Shown: in pieces, positions 25,874 to 34,584 of the stretch
How positions within the stretch are numbered: the stretch's first letter is position 1
Layout: every line of letters starts with the position of its first letter
Source: a virus
Strand: one strand, 5' to 3'
Length of the DNA: 64,000 nucleotides
Virus record (IMG/VR): IMGVR_UViG_3300025141_000040
Coordinates: 1-64,000 of that record
Made by a program: the position numbers and the translations under genes
Notes under the pieces: model-generated
Databases searched by the model: none
Told to the model about the DNA's origin: nothing
The model's input: only the letters and a program-made list of their open reading frames with translations

Positions 25874-26802
25874 CAGAGCCTCCGAACGGGCAGGCTGCGG
25901 AGCCAGGGTTCACGGTGCTGGACAGCCGCCATGATCGCCAGAGTCTCCTCCTCGGGCGGCACACGGTCGTCCCACACGCAGACCTCATGGCCGGACTTGA
26001 CCTCTCGCAGCACCGTGCTCATGCCACGGCGCGCGGCAACGTCCCGGTGGAACAGGTCGTAGCTCCGACCGGACGTTCCGCCGATGACACGCATCCGACC
26101 CTCGCGGTCCCAGGTCCGCATCTGCGAGGCGGTGCTGAAAGCCCGCAACACCTGGGAAGCACGGCGCTCGCAGGCGGTCGGCGCGGGGCAACCCTGCCGG
26201 GGGGCCTTGATCGTGGCGGCGGCGGTGACCGTGCTGGCGACGACGGCGATGGGGAGGTTCTGGACGCGCCCCTTGTGCGCCTTCCGCAGATCCTTGCCGG
26301 ACTTCGACCGGAGATCGGTGCAGGCCACGGCCTTCGACGCGGAGCACTTGCGGCACGTCCCGTAGTAGGCCCACGGGTTCTCGGCCAGGACGGCGGCGGT
26401 GTCCACAGGCTTGTCCACAGGTGCAGCGTCCACGTCGGGCGCGGCCTCGGGCTTGCCCACAGTCGGGAGCCCGTCGTCCAGCGTCACCGTGCCGTCCTTG
26501 TGCCGGAGGATCGTCCACACGTCACCCTCGGGGTGGACCTCCTTGGCGACGTAGGGGGCGACCACGCCCATCGGCGCGGTCAGGGGCAGAACGGAGACAC
26601 CCTTGGGCTGGATTCCCAGGCTCGGGGCGATCCAACCGCGCGTGCGGGCGACGGAGAGCACGTCGGCCAGGATCTCGTAGTCCGCCGCCGTGGGATCTTC
26701 CACGGTCAGGACGCAGGTGTTCGGGTTGTCCTTCGCCGCTTCCAGGCGGAAGTCGCCGGACCAGCAGGGGAAGAACCAGTGGGTGTGGGTGGGGACGGTC
26801 AT
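25873..26802 (-). CDS. Hypothetical protein (309 aa)
   Basis: ATG 26802 (MTVPTHTHWFF...) forms an ATGA overlap with the upstream stop at 26799. Confidence 0.7.
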   Translation of the reverse strand: MTVPTHTHWFFPCWSGDFRLEAAKDNPNTCVLTVEDPTAADYEILADVLSVARTRGWIAPSLGIQPKGVSVLPLTAPMGVVAPYVAKEVHPEGDVWTILRHKDGTVTLDDGLPTVGKPEAAPDVDAAPVDKPVDTAAVLAENPWAYYGTCRKCSASKAVACTDLRSKSGKDLRKAHKGRVQNLPIAVVASTVTAAATIKAPRQGCPAPTACERRASQVLRAFSTASQMRTWDREGRMRVIGGTSGRSYDLFHRDVAARRGMSTVLREVKSGHEVCVWDDRVPPEEETLAIMAAVQHREPWLRSLPVRRL

Positions 26803-27611
26803 GCGGGGACTCCGGGGGCAGGGGTGGGTTCGGGGGTTCGGGCGGCTACGCACGGCGCACCGTCGCAGCCGTCCAGGGGATCATCGCGTTCGCAGACGTG
26901 CTCGGCGGCTTCGCCGTGAATGTGGCCGGTCTTGTCGGGGCACACGTCTGCGAGGGTGCGGGGCTCGCTGTCCACGTCGTCGGGATCGGTGGCGTCCAGC
27001 AGGGCCGTCAACCGACTTTGGAGGCGAACGATCAGGGCGTCCTCTGCGACGGTGGGCGCGCGAGCGTCCGCCTTCCGGGCGTCGAGGCGCATCTGCTTCG
27101 CGTCCCCCAAGGCGTTCGTGAGGGCGCGGATCTTGTCCTCCGTCTTCCCTTCCATCGCAGCGTCAGCCTGCTTCTGGAGCGCGGGCATTATCTGGCGAAA
27201 CTCCTCGTTGCCGTGGGCCATGCGACGGAGCCGACCCGCCCCGGCGTAGAGCCCCCCACGGGCCGCGCGACGGATACCGACTCGGCGGTGTCCGTAGTCC
27301 CGGCCTGCGTTGCCGCCGTACTCGTAGTCACCATCTTCGTTGTCGTCGCGGTTCGTCTCGGCGTCGGCGTCCAACTCCGCGAAGTGCTGCCGCGCCATAC
27401 GAGCTTCGTTCTCGATCAGGTACAGCCCGCGCACGGGGCTGACCCGCTGCTCCCGCAGGGCGTCGAGCACGGAACCGATCACGCCGAAGGTGTGGCTGCG
27501 CTGCGCGTCCAGCAGCACCGCTTCGATGTACTCGGGGTCGTCCTCGATGGGCTCGGGCAGGGGCGCGGCTTCGTAGACGCGCTCGTATTCAGTGTCGGCG
27601 GGGTCAGGCAT
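26799..27611 (-). CDS. Hypothetical acidic protein (270 aa)
   Basis: AAGGA 7 nt upstream of ATG 27611. Confidence 0.7.
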   Translation of the reverse strand: MPDPADTEYERVYEAAPLPEPIEDDPEYIEAVLLDAQRSHTFGVIGSVLDALREQRVSPVRGLYLIENEARMARQHFAELDADAETNRDDNEDGDYEYGGNAGRDYGHRRVGIRRAARGGLYAGAGRLRRMAHGNEEFRQIMPALQKQADAAMEGKTEDKIRALTNALGDAKQMRLDARKADARAPTVAEDALIVRLQSRLTALLDATDPDDVDSEPRTLADVCPDKTGHIHGEAAEHVCERDDPLDGCDGAPCVAARTPEPTPAPGVPA

Positions 27612-27614
27612 GGT

Positions 27615-27968
27615 TCAGTCCTTGTCGTTGGTGGGCTCGGCAATTCCACAGACAGCGCAGAGGTAGCCCGTCGCGGCCCCGGCCCACCAGACGGCAGGAC
27701 GCCCGCAGTTGTCCGCGCAGCGGATCGGGGCGTGGTTGCAGTCGGTGGGCTCGCCCACAACCAGAACCCAGGGGAAGCCCTCGGCTTGCTGCAAGGCTCG
27801 CGCACAGTGCTGGCAACGGGGAGCCCCCGCCTCGGGGGACGGACTTGCCGGGGCCTGCATCGGCTTCGCGTGAGGGAACACGCTCTCCACGGCCAACGCA
27901 GCCTCCATGAAGAAGGAACGGCGGCGGCGGGGGCGGCGGAACACCGGAATGTCAAAGTCGTCGGCCAC
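27615..27968 (-). CDS. Cys-rich (zinc-finger-like) small protein
   Basis: GTG 27968 with GGAAG upstream. Cys residues at CQHC, C-N-H, CADNC and CAVC. Confidence 0.65.
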   Translation of the reverse strand: MADDFDIPVFRRPRRRRSFFMEAALAVESVFPHAKPMQAPASPSPEAGAPRCQHCARALQQAEGFPWVLVVGEPTDCNHAPIRCADNCGRPAVWWAGAATGYLCAVCGIAEPTNDKD

Positions 27969-27970
27969 GA

Positions 27971-28477
27971 TCAGACTTCCAGCCAGCCGAAGACCACGAA
28001 CACGGCGGCGTCACCGAGCTTGGCGTCGGCACCCGTGAGCGACTCACCGAGCTTGTCCTTGAAGACCGTGACGACTTCGCGGACGGCCCCATCGAACCCG
28101 CCGTTCGCCGTCAGCGCGTGGGCTTCGTGGATTACTCGCGCGCCCTGCGCCCGAAGCCGCTGCCGGAGCCACGGCAACCCCGTGCGGGACGCCAGGGCGA
28201 TCCACAGGTGCTCCGTGCCCGGTGCGCCGCGCCCACTCGGGCTCGTCCACGGCTTCGTGTCGTAGGTCAGGAGTCGTCCGCCCGCCTGCGCGGCCCAGGC
28301 TGCGAAGTCCGGCATATCGGCCGGACGCTTACTCGGCATGACGCGAGCGCGCGTAGCAACAGGCGTGCCACCCGCACCGTTCGCGGGTGATCCCTGCTTC
28401 CGCGCCGCCGCTTCCGCCGCCGTGGGGGCAGTCGTCTTCAACGCCGTCAACTGCTCCTTCGTCGCTTCGTCCAGCAC
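27971..28477 (-). CDS. Hypothetical protein (168 aa)
   Basis: GTG 28477 with AAGGAGA 6 nt upstream, placed just after the SNF2 stop (28491). Confidence 0.65.
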   Translation of the reverse strand: MLDEATKEQLTALKTTAPTAAEAAARKQGSPANGAGGTPVATRARVMPSKRPADMPDFAAWAAQAGGRLLTYDTKPWTSPSGRGAPGTEHLWIALASRTGLPWLRQRLRAQGARVIHEAHALTANGGFDGAVREVVTVFKDKLGESLTGADAKLGDAAVFVVFGWLEV

Positions 28478-28490
28478 CGTCGTTCTCCTT

Positions 28491-30206
28491 CTAGTCCGCG
28501 AACATGCGGTCAAGCATCCTGTCTAATAGCTCGTCGTCCGATCCACCCTGTACGGCTTCGCGGACCCCGATGACCTGGGGGTCGGGCAACAACTCCTCGG
28601 TGACGCCGAGCTTCGCCAGCACGATTGCCAGCACTCGCGCGTCGAGGGCGTCGTTGATCAGGTACTCGATGACCAGGGACCGTGTGCGCCCCAGGCGGTC
28701 GGCGCGGCCTTCCCGCTGCCGGATACCCCGCCAATTCCAGGGGATCACGACGTTGATCAGCCGGTCGGTGTCTTGAAGGTTCTGCGACTCCCCGAAGCTG
28801 TCCCCGGTCGCTACGAGCAGGCCCGGTCCCCGGTGGGCCATGTACTCGTCCCGAATGTCCTCGCGCTTGTCCGGCGCGATGGACCCGTCCGCCGCCCACA
28901 CCTTCCAGTCCGCGCCCGTGCCGGTCGAATCGGGGGGCCACAGCTTCCCCATGATCTTGCGAATGTCTTTCTCGATACGCCAAACATCGACCCGCAGGCC
29001 GGTGAACACGACGATCTTCTGGCCTGCCCCCAGGTACTCGGGCAGCGCCGTCCGCAGGTGCTTCCGCTTCATGGACGCGGAGCGATTGAGCCGTGCCCGA
29101 ACGAACCCCTCGGAGCCGTGACGATCTTCCAGCCCCGTGCCGCCCCCGGCGAGCTTCGCCGCCACCTTGACGGCCTTGTTTGCCTCGGCGCTGGCCCGGT
29201 TCATATCCTCGGGGGACAGGTACGTCGTCACCCGGCGCATCGGCGGTAGGAATTGGTTGACTTCATCGGAGCGGACGACGTGGGTGCGGTACTTCAGGAA
29301 CGCGCCAAGCTCCGCGAGGTTCGTCGCGCCCTTGTCGTCCCACCCGAACACGTCCTCGCGCGCCCCCGTGTGCTTCTGCGCCCAATCCCAATACTTGCCG
29401 CAGCACCCCGGCTCCACAATGTCCAACTGCGCCCACAAGTCGCGGATACGGTCGGGGATCGGGGTCGCCGTCAGGGCGAGCCGCCGCTTGCACTTCGGGG
29501 CCAGGAACCCGGCTCGGGCCGCGACGGTGTTGCGGGGGGTGAACCGCATCTTGCCGTCCGGCTGCGCCTGGGGGCTCCAACGCTTGTGGTCTTTGGCACA
29601 GTGGGCTTCGTCCCACACAATCGAGAGCCCGATCAACTCGGGGTGCTTCACGGTCGTTGTGGAACGGATCTTCTTTCCGGCCTTTTGGTAGACAGACGAG
29701 CCGGAGAGCGCGGCGTAGGTCACGTTGTCCTGCAAGGCGTTCCAGCCCAGGATCAGGAACGGACGCCGCACACGCGCGAGGTACGAGGCCAGCGTTTCGT
29801 CCCCCGCACGGCGGTCGCCTACGGGCTTGACCACGAACGGCTCGATGGTGCTGAAGCGGCGAACCTCGCTCGCCCACTGGCGGCGGGCGCTCGCGCGGCA
29901 GACCACGGTTACCGGGCCGTCCTCGGCCAGCGCCCACATGATCGCCGCGACGGTCTTGCCCGCACCGCAGCCCCACCACAGCGAGGCGTTCCGCCGTCCT
30001 ACAGCGAAGGAGATCCCCGTCTTTTGGTAGGGGGTCAGACCCGGCCAGCCGATCTCCTCGGCACCGTTCCACACCCACGGCCGGATCTCCGGCAGCACCG
30101 GGACCAGCGAAAGCTCCGCGCCGTTGCGCGGGGGTTCCTGCTGATCAAGGGGGAAATCGTTGTGCGGCGGGCCAGTCAACCCCACCGCTTCAGCGCAGCC
30201 AGTCAT
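28491..30206 (-). CDS. SNF2/RAD54-family helicase
   Basis: Walker A GCGAGKT. DEAH box VWDEAHCAK. Motif VI is QREGRADRLGR. Confidence 0.9.
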   Translation of the reverse strand: MTGCAEAVGLTGPPHNDFPLDQQEPPRNGAELSLVPVLPEIRPWVWNGAEEIGWPGLTPYQKTGISFAVGRRNASLWWGCGAGKTVAAIMWALAEDGPVTVVCRASARRQWASEVRRFSTIEPFVVKPVGDRRAGDETLASYLARVRRPFLILGWNALQDNVTYAALSGSSVYQKAGKKIRSTTTVKHPELIGLSIVWDEAHCAKDHKRWSPQAQPDGKMRFTPRNTVAARAGFLAPKCKRRLALTATPIPDRIRDLWAQLDIVEPGCCGKYWDWAQKHTGAREDVFGWDDKGATNLAELGAFLKYRTHVVRSDEVNQFLPPMRRVTTYLSPEDMNRASAEANKAVKVAAKLAGGGTGLEDRHGSEGFVRARLNRSASMKRKHLRTALPEYLGAGQKIVVFTGLRVDVWRIEKDIRKIMGKLWPPDSTGTGADWKVWAADGSIAPDKREDIRDEYMAHRGPGLLVATGDSFGESQNLQDTDRLINVVIPWNWRGIRQREGRADRLGRTRSLVIEYLINDALDARVLAIVLAKLGVTEELLPDPQVIGVREAVQGGSDDELLDRMLDRMFAD

Positions 30207-30212
30207 GGGCGG

Positions 30213-30242
30213 ACACTACCATCGCGCCTTGACGTTTCGCAA
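30213..30242 (-). promoter_or_regulatory. Promoter TTGCGA-N18-TAGTGT, with the -10 box 6 nt before ATG 30206 (SNF2 gene, no SD)
   Basis: Minus-strand read. Its -35 overlaps the -35 of the divergent plus-strand promoter. Confidence 0.4.
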
Positions 30243-30258
30243 GCTCGGCCTGTAGAGT
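30229..30258 (+). promoter_or_regulatory. Promoter TTGACG-N18-TAGAGT for the DUF3987-like gene
   Basis: Lies in the 94-nt divergent intergenic region. The SD GGAGAGGG follows. Confidence 0.5.
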
Positions 30259-30300
30259 TTCGGCGCTGGTTGAGTCGCCCACACGGAGAGGGAACGTCGC

Positions 30301-31896
30301 GTGGAATTGCCGTGGTCTGTAGAAGCTGATGTTTCCGCCGTAGTAGCGAAGCTGCCTTCCAGCTTCATCACGGGCTACGTCGGGTGGGCGGTCACTCAAA
30401 CTGACGCGCCGTTGCTCTATCACCTGCCCTGCGTCCTCGGGCTCCTCGCCACGGTCGCCCCGATAGACCTGATCCTTCGGGAAGGACCGGGCGGTCCCGT
30501 GATCGCCAACTTCTTCGGCATCGTCGTCGGGCGACAGGGTTACGAACGGAAGTCCACCGCGACCGGGCTCGCTGCCCGCCTCCTCGCGGAAACGCTGCCG
30601 ACTCGGCTCGGGGATGATCCCGGCTCCGGTGAGGGACTGGTGGCATCGCTCGCAGAGCAGGCGCAGCAGCTTGTGGATCTCAGCGAGTTTGGCGACTTCC
30701 TGGCCCGCACCAAGTCCCGCTCGGGCGGCAACTACCAGAACGACTTGAAGCCCAAGATGATGAACGCCTGGGACGGTCGGCCAATGTCCCGGCGTCTTGC
30801 TCGGAGGTCGGTTCGCTGCGACACGCCCCGGCTCAATATCATGGCAGCGGTGAACCCGGCGTTGATCGCGGAGCACTCCGATCACCACGACTTCTCCGGG
30901 GGCTTGTACTCCCGCTTCTGCTTCGCCTACGCCCACCGAATCCGCCGCCAGGGGCGGGCCATTCGCAACGAGGCGGTCGAGGACGGGTTGCGTGAATGGC
31001 TGGCCCGCGCTGCCGGAACGGCACCCGGCGCGTTCGGGCCGTGTACCGGCCTGACGGCCGCAGCGGAGGAGTTGTGGGAGGAGTTTGCCTACGCCGTTGA
31101 GGAGTCCGGCCTGCTCCTGCCCGATGATCGGTTTGTCGGCATCCACGCCCGCTCGCCGGTCCATGCGCTGAAGATCGCCCTGCTTCTCTGCTTCGGCTGC
31201 GGCATGGGGCACCCGACCGCCAACGGGAAGGGGGCGGACTGGCTGATCCCGGTGAAGATCATGGAGGTCGCCATTGACCTCGCCACGCGCTTCTACCAGG
31301 GCGCGGTCGCCGTGTTCGCGGACGTGGAGGGCACCCCCGATATGCTCGCGCGTCGAGCCTGCCTGGACGCCATTGACGACGATTGGACCCCGCTCGGCAC
31401 CGTCACCCGGAAGGCGAAGATGCTGGTGAAGCGGGCCACGCCAGTCCTCTCCACGCTGATCGCGGAGGGCTACATCGAGGAGTTGTGCGAGGTTGGTGCG
31501 GCGGACGGTATCAGCCGGAACAACACGAAACGCGCGTTCCGCACGGTGTTCGGAGCGCCGCGCACGTCAGGCATCCAGGCGGCGATTGACGTGAAAGCCG
31601 CCGTGGACAAGGCGTTGGTTCTAGTGCGTGCCCGTGGGGGTTTCCGAGGAGGGCAGTACATTCAGCCCTTCACCGCGCCCCCCGGCACCCTCGCCTCCGC
31701 GAGCCCCGTTGTCCTCACGACTCCCGCCACCGCCCCCTTCATCCCCGCGCCTGCCCCCGTCGAGGTCGAACCGCCCCCCGGCACCCTCGTCATCGACTTC
31801 GCCCCCATCGCCGTTACAATCGGCGGGCGCACCCTGGTTGACACGGGCCAGATCGCGGATCTTGGTGATGCGTTCGCGCAGATGGACGAGCGGTAG
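30301..31896 (+). CDS. DUF3987-like (primase-associated helicase/ATPase-like) replication protein
   Basis: N-region FITGYVGWAVTQTDAPLLYHLPCVLGLLATVAP and VVGRQGYERKST resemble the DUF3987 layout. GGAGAGGG lies upstream of GTG 30301. GC3 is 18/20 in the 3' tail. Confidence 0.65.
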   Translation: MELPWSVEADVSAVVAKLPSSFITGYVGWAVTQTDAPLLYHLPCVLGLLATVAPIDLILREGPGGPVIANFFGIVVGRQGYERKSTATGLAARLLAETLPTRLGDDPGSGEGLVASLAEQAQQLVDLSEFGDFLARTKSRSGGNYQNDLKPKMMNAWDGRPMSRRLARRSVRCDTPRLNIMAAVNPALIAEHSDHHDFSGGLYSRFCFAYAHRIRRQGRAIRNEAVEDGLREWLARAAGTAPGAFGPCTGLTAAAEELWEEFAYAVEESGLLLPDDRFVGIHARSPVHALKIALLLCFGCGMGHPTANGKGADWLIPVKIMEVAIDLATRFYQGAVAVFADVEGTPDMLARRACLDAIDDDWTPLGTVTRKAKMLVKRATPVLSTLIAEGYIEELCEVGAADGISRNNTKRAFRTVFGAPRTSGIQAAIDVKAAVDKALVLVRARGGFRGGQYIQPFTAPPGTLASASPVVLTTPATAPFIPAPAPVEVEPPPGTLVIDFAPIAVTIGGRTLVDTGQIADLGDAFAQMDER

Positions 31897-32541
31897 AGCG
31901 GTTGATCCGCAGGGCGCGGCCGGGATGATCGGCCCCGTCGCCAGCTTCTCTGACCCTCGCGCGTAGTCCCACAGCACCTTCAACGCCTCGCCGCCCGCGC
32001 AGTCGAACGGCACGCGGACCCACCGACCGGGCCGCTTGCCGGGGAACAGGGAGGAGCCGTCGTCCACCCGCAAGTCCTTCCACCGCGTCCGCAGCAGGCG
32101 CACCATCGAAAGCTCCCCCCACGGGAACCAGTCCAGCAGCGCGTTCGCTGCCAGGAACACGGCCTCGGGAGGCAGGGGACGGCGAGGGCGACCGGGCGAG
32201 CCCTTGCGGCGACCCCGCTTCCCGCACGGGAGGATCGGGAACGTGTGGCCGTTCCGCATGGCCCACTCACGGAAGCGTCGGTACGCCGTCCGTACCTGCG
32301 CGGCCCTGGACTTGGCGTAGATGGAGTCCGTGTGCGCCACCGCCGCCGTCAACGCCTCCTCCGTGAACCAGCCCAAGGGACTCTTGGCGTGATCCAGCAG
32401 GAGCGCCCGCAGCGTCCCGCCGTAGATAGTCAGGGTCGAGTGTTCCAGGGCTTCGACGGTTGCAGGGTCGGACAGGAAAGCCGCGAGTGCCTGCTCCATC
32501 GGCATAGCAGGAGTGAGCATAAGGAATAGTCGCACGGTCAA
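31621..32541 (-). CDS. Tyrosine-recombinase-like protein, apparently truncated before the HxxR/Tyr catalytic motifs (possible gene remnant)
   Basis: SAM-like N-domain (LEHSTLTIYGGTLRALL). Catalytic-domain start is LSMVRLLRTRWKDLRVDDG...GKRPGRWVRVPF. Homology stops near residue 215. The last 91 codons are Gly/Asp/Glu junk antisense to gene 30301..31896. The start codon is uncertain (TTG 32541, ATG 32520/32505/32499). Confidence 0.5.
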   Translation of the reverse strand: MTVRLFLMLTPAMPMEQALAAFLSDPATVEALEHSTLTIYGGTLRALLLDHAKSPLGWFTEEALTAAVAHTDSIYAKSRAAQVRTAYRRFREWAMRNGHTFPILPCGKRGRRKGSPGRPRRPLPPEAVFLAANALLDWFPWGELSMVRLLRTRWKDLRVDDGSSLFPGKRPGRWVRVPFDCAGGEALKVLWDYARGSEKLATGPIIPAAPCGSTALPLVHLRERITKIRDLARVNQGAPADCNGDGGEVDDEGAGGRFDLDGGRRGDEGGGGGSREDNGARGGEGAGGRGEGLNVLPSSETPTGTH

Positions 32542-32920
32542 GGTAAGTAGTAAAGGGGGCGGTCAGGATACAGAAATAGGGTAGCAGCTTGTTGAACAGT
32601 AAGTGAACCGTAGGGAGAGTGATATGGAAATAAGGCTTTCGACTTCACCCCCTTTCACCCCATAGGGGCGTGTAGCAGATATGATAAGCCTTATCTAAAT
32701 TGTTACGCCCCCCCCCAAAGGTAGACCCTCTACCCTGTATAGCTTATTTGCTTATCAGCACTTTTTCTACGCCGACCGGAAGGCCGGTTCGTATTGTTGG
32801 TAGTTGGTCACCGTACACTTACTGCATAGTGGCCCTCGGCCCGCTTCAAAAACGATAAGCCAATGAACCCCCATTTGATCACCGTTCCACCCCACCCTCC
32901 ACTCCGGTAGACTTCGCCGC
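32542..32920. promoter_or_regulatory. AT-rich (about 49% GC) non-coding island with GATAAGC/GCTTATC motifs, a 13-bp palindrome and a C9 tract
   Basis: Hand count gives 175 G+C in 360 nt (32521-32880). Features: GATAAGCCTTATC at 32683-32695, GCTTATC at 32750-32756, GATAAGCC at 32854-32861, C9 at 32708-32716, and TTCACCCC x2 at 32644-32660. Confidence 0.7.
32885..32913 (+). promoter_or_regulatory. TTCCAC-N17-TAGACT, with the -10 box 7 nt before ATG 32921 (candidate leaderless endolysin transcript)
   Basis: There is no SD before ATG 32921. Geometry is identical to 9958 and 18317. Confidence 0.4.
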
Positions 32921-33586
32921 ATGGATCTCCGCGCCTACGCCACACCCCGGAACATCGCCATTGCTCTCAGCGCGGTGGTCATCGGCACGGCCATTGTTCG
33001 GCGTGGGAAGGGCGGGAGCCGCAGGGTCACGGGCACGCGCAGGCGCGTCCTCCCTGGTGGGAGCAAGCCGGTCGTCAGCCGAAGCATCAAGACCCTGCAC
33101 CCGACGTTCCAGCGGTCCATCCAGACGCTCATGGACCGGATGCGGGCTCGGGGCTTCCAGCCCGCTATCGGCACGTCCTGGCGGAACCTCGCATGGCAGC
33201 GGGAGGCCGTGGACGACGGCCGCTCCAAGGTTCTGTTCTCCATGCACAACGTGACCGATATGGAGTCCGGCGCACCGGCCGCGCTCGCCGTGGATCTCGT
33301 AGACAAGCGGTGGAGGTGGGGCGGGACGGAGGCGAACCCGGCCAGCGCCACGAACCCGCAGACCATCAACGCGGCCACGTTCTTCAAGGTGCTCGGTCAG
33401 GAGGCCGCAAGGCTCAGGCTCGGGTGGGGCGGCAACTACTCGCGCAAGGGCGTGTGGAGCAACTTCGGCATGGGGTGGGACGTGGCGCACGTTTCATGGA
33501 AGCCGGAGACACGATCCCTCCTGGCGTCCCTGGAACGGGGCCAGTGGCCCGCAGGGCTCGGCCCGGTCGAGTCCGTCACGGTCTAG
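32921..33586 (+). CDS. Peptidase M15 (VanY / L-Ala-D-Glu peptidase-like) endolysin with N-terminal signal-anchor
   Basis: N-terminal TM NIAIALSAVVIGTAIV. Motifs SWRNLAWQ, SMH...ALAVDL and GWGGNY...WDVAHV (His/Asp/His Zn ligand pattern). No SD, but TAGACT lies 7 nt upstream of the ATG. Confidence 0.75.
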   Translation: MDLRAYATPRNIAIALSAVVIGTAIVRRGKGGSRRVTGTRRRVLPGGSKPVVSRSIKTLHPTFQRSIQTLMDRMRARGFQPAIGTSWRNLAWQREAVDDGRSKVLFSMHNVTDMESGAPAALAVDLVDKRWRWGGTEANPASATNPQTINAATFFKVLGQEAARLRLGWGGNYSRKGVWSNFGMGWDVAHVSWKPETRSLLASLERGQWPAGLGPVESVTV

Positions 33587-33588
33587 CC

Positions 33589-33819
33589 GTGCTCCTCACA
33601 GACGACGAGATCCAGCCGTACCTCGACCGACTGCATCCAGGCTGGACCTGGGACGCGCCGGAGCGGACGCTGCGGAACAGCGCCCCGGAAGCTGTGATCA
33701 GGTTCGTGAGGCTCGGGAGCATCCCGTTGATCCCCGGCCTGATCGACGCGCAGATCCAAATGGCGCGGGTCACCGAGGCGGTCCACGCCAGCGCCCCCGT
33801 GCGTGAAGGCGAGGCGTAG
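33589..33819 (+). CDS. Hypothetical small protein (76 aa)
   Basis: GTG 33589 follows the endolysin stop by 2 nt, in frame with the tail of track ORF 33193..33819. No clear SD. Confidence 0.4.
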   Translation: MLLTDDEIQPYLDRLHPGWTWDAPERTLRNSAPEAVIRFVRLGSIPLIPGLIDAQIQMARVTEAVHASAPVREGEA

Positions 33820-33855
33820 ACCGGGGCGGCGTCAGGCGGTGAAGGTGCCGGTGGG

Positions 33856-34584
33856 CTACTCGTCGTCGTCCGGCTCGCAGCGTCGGCCCTGCCAGCGGGG
33901 AACATCGTGGGGGGCGAGTCGGCCCTGATCGTCCAGCACCAGATCCTTCGTCCCACACTCGACGCAATCGGAGAGGACCGGGCCGTCCGCGTCCACCAGG
34001 GCAACGAGATCCCGCGCGTCGTCCAGGGTCAAGGTCGCCTTGGCCGTGGTCTGTGCGGAGGGGCGTCCGATTTGCAGGCCCATGCGGCGCAGCCGGGGCA
34101 TGAGCATCGCCCAGGCTTCCCGGTTGTTGGCCTGCCGCATCTTCGCCGCCTTTCGCTCACCTGCGCGGCGGTCCCGCTCCTCGGCGTAAAATGTCCAAGG
34201 GCCATGCAGCCAGCGGGCCTCGACGTAGTACCCGGTCCACTCGCCGGAGGCGTCGTGCCCGTCCGCGTGTGGATGCTCCTCGACGGTCTTGCCGATCCAG
34301 ATCGCATCGGACGGCCGCAGGTGGGTCGGTTCGCCCGTGTCGGGGTTGATCCGCTCGACGCGAACCAGCGTCATGCCCTTCCGGTCGTAGCCACGTCGCC
34401 TCGGGACTACATCGCTGTCCAGGGGCTTGAAGCCCGCAGGACCGCCGTTGTAGGAGCGGGAGCCGGTGCCCTTGACGATCCCGATCACGCGCACGCGGGC
34501 GAGCGACTTGTAGGTCGAGAACACGTTGTCGGTGGTCTTGGCGTGAACGTAGTCGGTGCCGGGGTGTACCTCCGCGATCCTCAT
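33856..34584 (-). CDS. Hypothetical protein (242 aa)
   Basis: AAGGAGG 7 nt upstream of ATG 34584. ATGA overlap with the upstream stop. Confidence 0.75.
   Translation of the reverse strand: MRIAEVHPGTDYVHAKTTDNVFSTYKSLARVRVIGIVKGTGSRSYNGGPAGFKPLDSDVVPRRRGYDRKGMTLVRVERINPDTGEPTHLRPSDAIWIGKTVEEHPHADGHDASGEWTGYYVEARWLHGPWTFYAEERDRRAGERKAAKMRQANNREAWAMLMPRLRRMGLQIGRPSAQTTAKATLTLDDARDLVALVDADGPVLSDCVECGTKDLVLDDQGRLAPHDVPRWQGRRCEPDDDE

Noticed and set aside
31621-32541. Calling this an active integrase with attP, and hence a clearly temperate element.
   Set aside because: The ORF has no HxxR motif or catalytic Tyr. Integration cannot be inferred from this window.
32542-32920. A tRNA or other known RNA gene in the AT-rich island or in 40729-41138.
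   Set aside because: I could not build a cloverleaf. There is no GTTCGAATC-like T-loop with a matching acceptor stem. Only short hairpins are present. An unknown small RNA cannot be excluded.
33589-33819. Pterin-4a-carbinolamine dehydratase-like start (LTDDEIQPYLDRLHPGWTW).
   Set aside because: Only the first ~20 residues resemble the family. The HHP catalytic motif and the rest of the fold signature are absent.
33193-33819. The 208-aa plus-strand ORF that overlaps the endolysin in another frame.
   Set aside because: Its 5' two-thirds is an Arg/Gly-rich off-frame read of the M15 peptidase gene. Only the tail after GTG 33589 looks coding.
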